64,000 nucleotides of DNA from Pelomyxa schiedti (lineage: Eukaryota > Protista > Evosea), in NCBI GenBank assembly GCA_020536535.1, contig JAHLWZ010000173.1, forward strand, positions 1 to 64,000, read 5' to 3'. Both the position numbers and the translations under genes were made by a program. Position 1 is the stretch's first letter. Each line of letters opens with the position of its first letter. Shown one piece after another: positions 48,717-60,356 of the stretch. Below the pieces are notes generated by a model, which ran no database searches, was not told the origin of the DNA, and saw only the letters and a program-made list of their open reading frames with translations.

Positions 48717-51700
48717 ATGTTGAAGCAGGCGTTGTGGAAACACAAAATATGGGACAAGTTCTTTGGGTGGTTTAAGTTCTGCAGATTTTTTGTGATAGGT
48801 ACAGAACCCAGACCTTGTTGAAATGTTTTTCTTCATTGCTGTTTCACAATGCATTAATTGCTTTTTCTCTTCCTTTCTTCTCTTTGGCAACAGGTTTTTG
48901 GCTAGTATGTTTGGGAGTGTCATTGCCTTTTGTGCCGAAGTTCATATCACAGTTAAACGTTATATTCACTGTGCCCGAGGGAAGCCCTTCAGGTTTTTTT
49001 GTGATTTCTAATTTCTACCTACTCTCGTTTTTAGAAGAATTTCTATCTTAACCACAGTCTAGTTGTGGCAGAGGAAATGCTACATTATAAATACCCAAGT
49101 GCACAACCACAGTCCACCGATTTTCTTTTACTAAGGTGCACTGAAATGGGTGTCATTGATCCACGTTTCATCAATGAAACGACGATCACTCTGTTGGTTG
49201 TCCCCAACTTCTCTTTTTGAGGACTAATATTGACTACAGAATATGCTTGAAAATAGCACCTACACTCAAGGGGACCTGCCAACTGTGGCAGGAGTTTCAG
49301 GTATCCTTCAATCGCTTGTTGGTTGTGGCCTCACTCCAAGTAGGGTACTACACAGCAATGCAAATGGGTCAACCGAAAGTGGCTTCTTTTTATATTTCTC
49401 CAAATGGAAGAAGCAGCATTATTTCCATGACTGTACATTATGACTGTGAGCACAACAATATTTCTCAGTTGGGGTGGTGGGAGTTGGGAACGTTGAATCT
49501 AATTCCTCTCAGCGGACCCTGACTGTTACGAATTTATAAGGGATCTGAGAAAGCAAGTTGTAAACTGGGATACATGGAATGACACGTACCCCTTTGTTCT
49601 GAATAAACTTGAAATACTCACTCCTAGAGTTTAGGTATGAAATAGAGGTGTTTGGTTACGAGCCTCTAGTGATAGATGTCGAAGATTACTGTGTACGTGA
49701 CCTGGAGCGTATTGAATATGTTGCTCTGCCTCTAGCATTGTTGGTGTTGATGTGTATGCTTAGGTCGATCACCCTGGTAGGATGCCTTGTGTTTCACTGT
49801 GTATTGACTTGGCCTAATTAGCTCCAAGGTTATAATTCCGATTATAAATGTAGCAATATGCACTTGCCTGTCGTTTGCACTGTTGTATCCAATTGCCGCT
49901 TTTTCAATGAATATATCCGTATTTGGACCACCAATACAGTACGTTTCAGAGCCAGTCCCCTAGTCACTCAAACAACGTGACTTCAGGTTATCGCTGATCA
50001 TTGCAATGAACATCGATTACTCTCTCTTCATTTTAATGCGCTACAAAGGTTTCTTAATATCCTTCTTTCAAAACTAAAATTAAGCAGAGGAGTTAGCCAA
50101 TGGCTATGATTACGTAACAGCAGTTTCTAATTGCTGGTTTTACTCTGGGCGTGTTGTTCTTACCAGCGGAACGGTGTTAACAATCACGTTTCTTGTATCT
50201 ATTGGACTTCGTTTTTCCCACACCCACACCCACACTTTGTAGGGACTGAGCCTGTTTCCTCTGGAATTTGTAGCTGCGATTGGAATTTCAGCGACCGTTG
50301 GCCTTGTCTTTACGCTTCTTGTTTCCCTCACATTGGTACTTTCCTCTTTTTCCAAGGATTTTTCTGACACCCACTTGGTGAAGACTCCTGCCCTACTTCT
50401 GGCCATTCCTTGTTACAAAGTCCAAGGAATTATTCCTTGTATCAAGTAACTTTCACACAAACAAATAACTGAAGTACTGAACAGTATTAGGAAGTGCCGT
50501 AATAACCCGCCAGCAGATCTTAACACAATTAAAAAGTCCCCATGGTTCAAACTCGCTTCCCTTATTACCAACGTTCCTTGGGCGATCGCTTTTTCTTGCG
50601 GAGTTGTATTACTCCTAGCTCCCTTCATTGGGACATTGGCTTGTACGTAGTGTTGCTGCCATCTTATTTTACATTGATTACTTTTAGTTTGGTACGTTAC
50701 TTTGGATGATTCCCAACTGTATCCCCTTGGAAGTCCTAGTGTAGAGGCCCTGAATGATTTAGAAGAGGATTGGCCTCCAGGTTTGGCTTTCAACTGAGAA
50801 GTTTCTCTAACGAAAAGAAAAGGCCTTCTCCTTCCCTACCAAGTACTTGGCTGTACAAATACCACGACAGTTTACTCTGAGGGCTACTACAATGTCTCTT
50901 CCAAGGTTGTCTCTGAAATAAGCAAACTTGGTGGCGTAAATTACGAGTTACTTCCATTCTTGTAATTGCAAATCTGATGTCTTCCTCAAGTAATATCCTT
51001 GGAATAACCGATATTGCGGGTATTCATTTTTCTTGGAGTATAGCTGAAAAACTACTGAGCAATGATACCATCTTTTACGAAGGACCACTGAGTATGTAAC
51101 AATGAAAAAATCGGTGACTGATGCACATCAAGGCGAGGCCTACAGTGCAGTAGTTTCTGGGCTCGTAAATCACGATAGTACTGCGTCATTGATGTACGTT
51201 ATAACTTCCTTTGACCCTGTGACGAATATCACAGGTTTCATCTATGTCAACTTTTATCAGCCTGACACTTCATAGATTTTATTGAGGCACTTCGCCCAAT
51301 TCTGGAAGCTAATAGTAACTCTGAGTATTCATTCTATCTCCCTGGAACGCTTCCAGCTGAAATGGACTGTGCTGAAATCACCTTGACGTACCTCCCTTGG
51401 CTAATTGTGATCACAACAGCTGTGGTGGTTGTAATGCTAATAGTGGTCTTTCGGTCTTTGTTCATCGCTGCGCGAGTCGTTTTGACAATCGGGTAAGCGG
51501 TTACCTGTAATATTGCCACTAACTTGCGTAAAAGGCTTACTATAGTCTGGGTAAGTAATTGGCCTCCTGACGAGATTCTTTACAGCCATTCTTCCTTAGG
51601 TCTATGGGTTTAGTTCTGCTGTATTTTCTTCCAACTGGTTCTGGTGGTCTTCTGCTCGATTACAAGACGTTTACGGCATCTATTGGTTAACCCCTGTTTT

Positions 51701-52335
51701 GACATTCAGTTTTATTGGTTTGTTCACTGTGGTCCTCTTTTAAAAATTCTGACAACCTGTAGTTGGTCTGGGGTTGGATTATGGTGAGTGGCTTACAATA
51801 CTGAGCAAATCTAAGTTGCGTCACAGATATCTTCTTATTTAGTAGAATTGTTGAGTACAGAGAACAAGGCTTCTCTGATAAACTTTCAGTGCAACTTGGG
51901 ATGCAAAAAACCGGTTCTATAGTGACAGGTTTGAAAGCAGTTACAAATTTTCCTTCCTTAAATTCCACAGTTGCTGGAATCATTATGGCCATAGCATTTG
52001 GAGGTTTAATGCTCGCTTCTACCTGGATTGTTATTGAAATGGGTACTCCAAGCCACTCAACCCGCACAACACATTTTCCCAATAACTCTAAAATAGGATT
52101 CCTTGAAGCGTTTGCGGTACTGGTTGATACTTTCTTAGTGCGTTCTATAGTAGTACCATCCATAGTGTACTTGGCCGGCCCAGTCAATTGGTGGCCAAGA
52201 AAGCTGCCTGTGAAGTACACTACTCTGGACCAGGATGCCTATTTGCTAATTCAAGACGACCCAAATGCACACCTATCCCCTGCTCCCTCAGGCACAAAAA
52301 ACATTCAGGAAGAGGAAGACCCATCAAGTTTCTAA
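48717..52335 (+). CDS. MMPL family (RND-type) membrane transporter, multi-intron
   Basis: DLERIEYVALPLALLVL, AMNIDYSLFILMRY, GLGLDYDIFLFSRIVEYR, KTGSIVT, AGIIMAIAFGGL and VLVDTFLVRSIVVPSIVYLAGPVNWWP. The start is tentative. Confidence 0.9.
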
Positions 52336-52618
52336 CTCAACAAAACACCACAGCGCCATGTAAACTACCCCAACTGAGAAACATTCTTTTTTTTTTGGTT
52401 TGCACTCCGCGTGCATTTTCTACAATACACATCTCTTAGCCTGGATCTGCACCTCGCTTTTCAAATTTCTTTTCTAAGTAACGTGAAACCCGACGCGTCG
52501 GTTTTGCCTTGAAAAGCAAACAAAAAAAACAAGGGGCTGAACGGGGCCTTTACACGGAAAATTACCACGAACGACAGTCACCCCCTGAACAAACAAGGGA
52601 CAACAAGACAACAGCACA

Positions 52619-55600
52619 ATGAGCGACGATATTGGCCAAGAAACGAGCACGAGCCTCGGCCCTGATGAAGTCACCAGAGTCACTCACGGTGAAAATGAAA
52701 ATCCCTATGGTGTGCCTGCGTCCCTTTCATTCATTCATTCGTTCTTTCTCTCCTTCGAGTATTGAAGATGCTTGTTGTGCAACGAAAAACAAAAACAACA
52801 AAGCCAATTGTGCTTTTTTTGGGGTGTTACTTTTTTGGTTTTGTGGTGAGAGTATTGATGGGTTTTTTTCAGGGGATTCGTATGATCAGAACAACACATA
52901 CAAGTCACATGGTGATAATTCTGCGGATTGTGATTGTGCAAATGGAAGTGGGAACTCACCACCTCGAATTTTTTTGGGTTTGAACGTAAATTCCCGTTGT
53001 TGGGGATTAATTTCTTACAATAGGGGAACCTGATGTATCTTCAGTATCACTTGAGACAATTTACTTTTCACACGCATTTTACACTGAAGATCCGTTCCGG
53101 CAGAGTGTAAGCCATATTTCCAGTCAATGTATAGCTGCTTTCTTGTGAAACGTAACGTAACCATTATATTTAAAAAGTATCCATTGAAATATCTGGAAGC
53201 GATTCGGCTACTATCACTCAATTTCCTTCCTATTACTTCTATACACATTCTGTGGAAGATGAAATGGCATACAACATCAGTCCTTGGAGGGAAAAACAGC
53301 TTGACCCCTACTCAAAGAATCCAACTCCACCACACAACCTTTCCATTATGTTGCAACAACTGGAGGATCTTAGTCTTCCTTCCAACTGTGCCATTACCCG
53401 CACTGTATACCAACACTGTGGGTTACCTATATGTCTTGCTGTGGTGAGCACTATATTCACTGCTTTGCCAACTGACACTGACACATAAAGGTACAACTTG
53501 AATTTGTGCAAGAAAATGTCGAAACTTTTCTGTCACGAATTCAACTGCCAGCACTTATACCAACGTTCAAAGCGCAGGACATCACTGCCCTCAGCACTTT
53601 GCGACCCATGACAACTGCCCACTTCGAGGAAATGCGAATCAGCATAGGGAACCGAATTAAACTTACAAATGCACTTTCTCTACTGCCACAGACACAATCA
53701 ATACCACCTGTAAGTCTTCTACATCTTCAGTTACCTTTCACGGATCTTTTTTTTTTGTGCAGACCACAATTGTATTAAAAGATGGAGACATCGATACATT
53801 TCTGGGCAGAATACAACTTTCTTCGCTGATACCTTCATTTACATCCCAAGACATTACGTCACTGAGTGTTATGAAGGCTTTACAACCAAAAGATTTTACC
53901 GATCTCGGCATTAGTATCGGAAATCGCATTAAAATTCAAGAGGCACTTGGTTCCGTTGTGATTGCAGACTCACCACCTTCCCCTCCCCATTCACCACCCG
54001 TGCTTGCCATGCCCTCTGCAAGGACACCTTCTCCATCAGCACCTTCCCCGATTAGCCTTGCTTCAGCAACACACTTTATATTATCAGCAACAACTCCGCC
54101 AACCACAGCACACGCATTTGTACCATGCGTTACACCTCTTCACTCACGGACCAGAGATGTATCACCTCCTCCAGCAAATATTCCCACCTCTTCAGCCTTC
54201 CTTGAATCTTCATCAACAGCCTCATGCTCTGCAGCTTCCCCAGGCCAAAATATGGAAAGTGTTATTCTCACAGGCGTTGTTGTCGATTATAGTCGACCTC
54301 TCGGGAAGGGCTCCTTTGGGACAGTTTGGATGGTTCGTACTCACAGTTTTCGACTTTATAATAATTTTTTGCAGGGTACATGGTTTGGGAGCATTGTGGC
54401 TGTGAAGCAAGTCCTCGCCACTAGTGAACTTGTTAAAGAAGTTGACGTTAATCGGTATTGGCACGTTTTCATGTTTCTTCTCTAATTGGTCTTCAGGAGA
54501 CTGAACCATCCCAATTGCCTGCGATGTGTGTGCTCTTTAACCTCTTGCAAAAAATAACCTTCCTTAAGACTATGGCGTGTGGTACAACAACAACGTCCCC
54601 CACATGGTTCTAGAGGTTGGTTCCTTCCTTCCTTTTACTATTTCTTTCCTAATTTATTACACAGTTCATGGATGGGGGTGACCTGCATACTTTTTTACGG
54701 AACAAGAAGAAATCCGGTGGAAGTTTCCTCACCCCAGATCTGCTTCAAATGGCCAGAGATGCTGCCTGTGGAATGATGGCCATGGAAGAACAGCACATTG
54801 TTCACCGAGGTTTCACTTCCAAATCAAAATTTTCTTGTCACCAATTGTTTAGATCTGGCCGCCAGAAATCTACTGGTATCAAAGACTTCAGAGGGATTTG
54901 TTGTAAAAGTAACCACCCTGATCAAGTGACAGTTCTCAGTATTGTTAGGTCGGAGATTTTGGCCTCTCAAGGCCAACTGTTGACGGGATCTACGAGGCAT
55001 CAAAAAGCAAATTTCCAGTACGCTGGACTGCTCCTGAGTGTGCAGTCGACAAGAAGTTTACTACTATGTCTGATATCTGGAGTTATGCAGTTACTTTATG
55101 GGAAATTTTCACACACGGAGAGGTAGCTCATTTTCATTGTGCTTTGCCTTTGTATTTATGAGTTACTGTGCAGATACCCTATTCCAACCTCTCCAATGAT
55201 AAAGTGCTTGCTGCTATTCAGACAGGCACTAGATTGGTAATGCCCCAGAACTGCCCCTTGGCTGTGTACCACCTCATGAAGCTATGTTGGGACATATCTC
55301 CACATCACCGCCCGACTTTCCGTTCCATCTTCAACACTCTTACAGAGGTTATGGCACAGCTTAAGACTGCCACTACTGTATCACAACTGTGTCCTGGCAC
55401 TTCCTCCCTGGACACAGCCCCCCCAAACCAACTCGCATCATCTTTCAATTCCCAATTGCCAGACCCAACAGTTCGGCAACCGGAATGTAACCAACTTTCA
55501 ATGTCTTCATCACCCGCACTTGCTACATCAACACCTGCACTGGTGTCTCTGTCTACAACAACGACTACAACCTCAACAACAGCTTCTACTCAAGGTACAT

Positions 55601-56654
55601 TCACTGAAAAACAAATTTTCATTACAATTCACCTGCACTTCTTAAAATGACATACCCCACCAGATGTACGAATGGTAGCCAAGTCATCACCTAACATCAT
55701 GGCCTCGCTCTCAGACCAACAAAGTCTCTCACAAAGACCTCTTTCCAAATCGATCACCAGTTTGCAACGTCCAACGACAATGTTGGTCACAAAAGATCCA
55801 CAGTGTGCAACTTTAGCAGTTGTAATTATCTCTAAGATTATTCAGATCCTATGCACGGCCAGTGTATCATGTACCATATGTATCAACATCAACAGTACCA
55901 TCTTTCACCTCCAGTGGTTCAAGGTTTTTTCTTGTATTTTTCCTTTTTTCCTCAATAAACAATTCAGTTCGAATACAACTCCGACAGATAGTACCCATCC
56001 CTTGAGAGAGATGGGAAACAAAGAGAGGGACTTATTCAAGTGGGCCCAAGTATATCAAATTCAATTCTTGTACTTTTTGACCTTCACAAGACATCGCGAT
56101 TCGATCTACTAGAAAAACTCATCCGAAATGAATTTGGAAATTTAAATCTAGAAGCCCGAACTGAATTGGGCAACACGTTTCTGCATTACCTTGCTGCATT
56201 GAGACATATTGACGAAAAGGTTAGAATACCTAACGTCCCTCCTCGTCCAACACCCACCCAGAACTTGAACTTTTTGGAGCTTTATTGCGGACACATTTTC
56301 CAACTGGGAAATGACAAGAAAGAAACACCTCTGCACATTGCCTGCTTAAGCAAAAACAAGGTACTTATACAGTTCCTTGTTAGACAGCACTGTGACCCAG
56401 AAGCCAAAACAGAGTTTGTCCCAAAAACCAAAAACAAATAACTACACTGAACCATTCAAGAACAAACAATTTCGAATACAACATAACCCCACTAACCCAA
56501 AAATAGTCAAGGCCTTACATGCTACGACTATGCACTCCAGGATGAGGCCATTATACAGTATTTGGATTCTGGAGGTGTCACACAACACTGTAGCGTTGAC
56601 CCATCACGGGCCGCTACTTTGGGCATAGAGCTCCCACCTCCATTTGCATGTTAA
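52619..56654 (+). CDS. SAM-SAM-protein tyrosine kinase (TK/TKL)-ankyrin protein, spliced
   Basis: Two SAM domains (...ISIGNRIKL/I). Kinase motifs LGKGSFG, VAVK, HR|DLAARN (intron 54810-54852), DFGLSR, KFPVRWTAPE and SDIWSYAVTLWEIF. Ankyrins GNTFLHYLA, ETPLHIAC and GLTCYDYA; stop 56652-56654. The 5' exons are tentative. Confidence 0.85.
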
Positions 56655-56795
56655 ATACTATACAAACTGTGCAATGTGTGTAGTGTTGTGTTGTCAATAA
56701 TTTATCAACAAGGGAAAACCCTCCCAAAACAATGTTTATTTTTTTCCCCTTCTTTTTGTCTGTACAATGAATTCGAGAGTTTTTTCCTTTTAAGG

Positions 56796-59150
56796 TCATA
56801 ATACAATAAGTACCAGAAATACCCCAGCCACAGCACACAGGTTTAGGGTGACCCTAGAACCAGAGCTAAGTTCATTGGGTTGTGATGAACTGGACTCAAA
56901 AGATAGGGATGAAGATGATTGGGATGAGGATGATTGGGATGAAGACGATTGGGATGAGGATGAGAGTGATTTGGATGAGTATGAAGACCAAAATTGATTT
57001 GAGCGGCCTGGGTGAAGTTTGTCAATACTGATAGGTGACCCACCAATGCCCTGTGGGTCATTGATGTACTTATTGACACTAGCTTGGTCATTGAGCTGAA
57101 GAAGTGGTCAGAGAAGAATGGTGTTTGATAAGGTACCTTGGAATCAACTACTTGTGTGGCATTCGCCAGAATAGAGAGGGCGTCCCCCCCATAAACTAAG
57201 GCGCTATTGGTCACAACTCTTTTTTTCCAAGGAGTCAGGAAAACTCTTCCGCACTGTTAATACCTATAGGAAGCTGACATATTCAGGTCGGCTCCTTGGA
57301 TTTTTACGTACTGCACTCCATAGTGTTGCATGTCGTAGTGCCACCATTCAAAGGTAACTCCGGAAAATTGAAACATTCCGTAAGAGAGTCCAGCAGCTTT
57401 CAGTATAACTTGGTTAACCTACAAATTATTATTTTGTGGATTCGTTTCCATTTGGTAACCTGTTGACCTGTGAGGGTCATTAATATCAAAGTATTTGCGA
57501 CGGGAAGTACATTGTAGGTATCATCCCATGTTACATTACATTCTGCACTAGGTTATCAATTTTTCTTGTGAGACGCAAGTACCTGGGTGAGCACAAGTAA
57601 TGTCTGCACGAAAACTACCTGGATTGCAGAATCCCATAGCCACACTGTTGTCTTTGACTGAATTATCCCATAAATCTGCAGCCCAAAGATATGAGTCCGT
57701 TATCAAGTCACCCTAGATTAAGACATTATCAAACAGAGGAAATCGTACGTAAACAATACCAGAAGAGATTCTCCGGTATAAATTCGTGTGAGATTTATAG
57801 CAGTCTGTCCTACAATTTGTTCAGTTACAGGTGCAACTTGTTCATTCCAGTATTCGATCTGAGCTGTGACTTCGGGATCCTCCTGGCAGGTCGTGGCATT
57901 TATAACATTCAACCAACCGGTGATGTGAGTATTGTCTCCATTTAAGTGTACTGAAATCTTTTTTTTTTTTTTTTGTTGCGGTGACGTCAGAGAGTAATCA
58001 CTATCTTGTTGTTTTACCTGCCCGACCCAGCGGCCTTTGTCGCCAGTTATACAAATCATAGTATCATCTACAATAAAAGGCTGTTGAAGGGCAAGGTGAT
58101 CGTGGGCTCCAATCATCAGTGGCACTGGTTTGCCAACAGCAGTGAGCTGACCAGCAAGTGATTTAAGTCCCTGAAAGAGGTGAGTAAACGAAATTAATTG
58201 AAATTAGAGGCAACTTGGTAAGTCTTATCACCTGAAACTACGTCATGAAGCCCATCATGGCAAAGTAATAACATAAAGTCACATAGTGGCTTAACTTCAT
58301 CATAATAGTGCATAACAGTCTCAAATAGTTCACGAAACTCCAGACCTATGACTAACATAAGAGTAGGAACTAAAAAGGGCAATGCTGCACCATCAGTAAC
58401 ACCTCTTGCAGCAATATCGGGGGCTTGTGTTGTTGTTAACCCGATGATACCCACATCAATCCCTGTGAAATGGAAGATTTTGTAAGGAAGGGCCCATGGA
58501 GGATGCACCCAGTTTGATCCATTCAAGATAATATTTGCAGAAAGCCATGGAAATGTTGATTGCGTCACGCGGTCTAGTGTAAAAATGTAAATCATAGTTG
58601 GAATGCTGTGAGAAGCTGCCTTGGAAGGTAGAGGCTCCTTTATCAAGTTCATGGTTACCAATGACAGCGGCATTGTATCCTTCAAGCAAAGCGTCACTAC
58701 GACCCCGCCCAAGAAACTAACAAATGTATACCGATTGTATTAAAGATTTCAATTGTACTCTCTCCATATACAAGGGCCGATATAGCGGGCCCACTGAACA
58801 TAGTATCGCCACCATCCAGCAATAAAAGAGGTACCCCAATATTTGCTTTTCTCACTTGCTTTATAAACCAGGCCACTTTGTCCGCCCCTCCTTCTCCCTG
58901 TGCATTTCTGGGCGAGACAATTATAATGGGATTAACGAGCTGGTGAAGAAGAGAAGATGGTGGGGGTAAAAAAAAATTACGCTTCCAGGTTGCCGTGAAA
59001 GTCGTTGGTGTGCAGTATAATGAGATTGGTGCTGTCTGTTTCCGACGAAGAGGAAAGGCTGGCACTGTCAGACTGGGAAAAAGACAGAGACCCAACCACA
59101 CATGCAACCGCAAACAGCAGTATTATTACTCCCCCTTCCCATGCTCCCAT
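56796..59150 (-). CDS. Secreted/GPI-type 5'-nucleotidase/apyrase (calcineurin-like metallophosphoesterase + 5'NT C-terminal region)
   Basis: Signal peptide; motifs LHTNDFHG, LLDGGD, IGNHELDKG, FPWLSANI, VGIIGLTT, LCHDG and IGAHDH. Ser-rich stalk followed by hydrophobic end VTLNLCAVAGVFLVLIVL*. Confidence 0.92.
56906..56965. repeat. 15-bp tandem repeat x4 encoding the Ser-rich stalk (SSSSQ)n
   Basis: Units of GGGATGA(A/G)GA(T/C)GATT on the + strand. Confidence 0.85.
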
Positions 59151-59409
59151 GAGGAACAACTTATTGTCTAACCAAAATGGTTCCAACCCAAAAACCAAAA
59201 GTGGCCAAAGGATCAAAGATTTTTTTATTGAGCGATTTTCTGTTTCAGAGATGATCACGAGGTTTTCTCAAAGGCCCCACTTCTAAGCATACTGGGGGAT
59301 TGACATTCCCAACTTCAAAAATGATGCACAGGCCATTTATTGTTATGTCGGTTTTGTGAACCTTATTCGAGGGTTTCCACACCCATACTTAGGTGTCACC
59401 TAAGGTCCT

Positions 59410-60325
59410 CTATCCCTTCTGTCTGATCCACCTGGAACTGGTAAATAGGTCTCTTGTGTGCAGGAGATATGGGTCCTTTTGAGGCCTGAACATTTTGTGG
59501 TGCTTGGCTTCAACAATCAGGCATATTTGAGATTGATGCTCTGTTCTCACCAATTCAACCACGTTCACACCGGGAATCGCTTTCAATGATGGTGGGAATA
59601 TGTCATGAGTTGGCGCCAGGAAAGGTATCTTCATGTCTTGCATGCTTTTGGGTATTATTGACCTTTTATTGAGTAGTTGCTCAAATTGGGCAGAGCAACG
59701 ACTCCTGTAGAAGTTGTAAACCAAAGCTGTGAGAAAAGGAAGAACCTTTTGGCCCTGAAGTCCCCCACGATGCGAGGCTGCAGCAATGGCAACTCCGGCG
59801 TACTACTCCATCACTCTTGGTGCTCCTCTCAGTCTGGGTCTTTACATGTTGCTGAATTTGAGCACGATTCAGCCAAGCCTTGCAAAGAGGAATTCCTTCC
59901 CTATTTTCATCCAAGAAGCTGAACTGGTCTTTGTAATTCGCACAGAGTGACAGGAATAGAAGCGGTTCACATTCAATTGTGGATGAGAATGAGGCTGAGG
60001 ACGAGGCTGAGGATGAGACTATTTGTCCTGGCCGTCCTCATCCTCATCCTCGTCTTCGCGGGCAGTACATGCGACGGCAGCACGCTGACGCTGCCACAGG
60101 CTAGTTGGTCAGACAGGGGTTTGTATGTTATATCGTCGTGTACTGTCGGCTTGCTGGTAGCGCCACTCGGGTTCGCAGAGGGCTTTGGCAAAGCGGTCCT
60201 GCGCCTGTTTGCGTGGGACCGTGATTATAATCAGGACAGGTTTGGCTTTGCGTCGAAAGGCCTGTGCGACAGAAGAGATAGGGCTACCATCATCCCCAGT
60301 CCGAGCTAGCAGCTGGGGGCTCATG
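59410..60325 (-). CDS. Possible hypothetical spliced protein, divergent from the TPR gene
   Basis: Two exons (59730-59930 and 59410-59705) join through a plausible GT-AG intron. The 5' end is unresolved and no motif was found. Confidence 0.35.
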
Positions 60326-60356
60326 TCAGAGGTGTAGTCCCTTTCCCGTAAAAGAG

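Noticed and set aside
56843-57214. His/Pro/Asn repeat ORF (HPNRLHPNHPHPNH) and Ile/Pro-rich alternate frame
   Set aside because: These are other frames of the 15-bp repeat. The Ser-rich frame ending in a GPI-like hydrophobic tail fits the nucleotidase.
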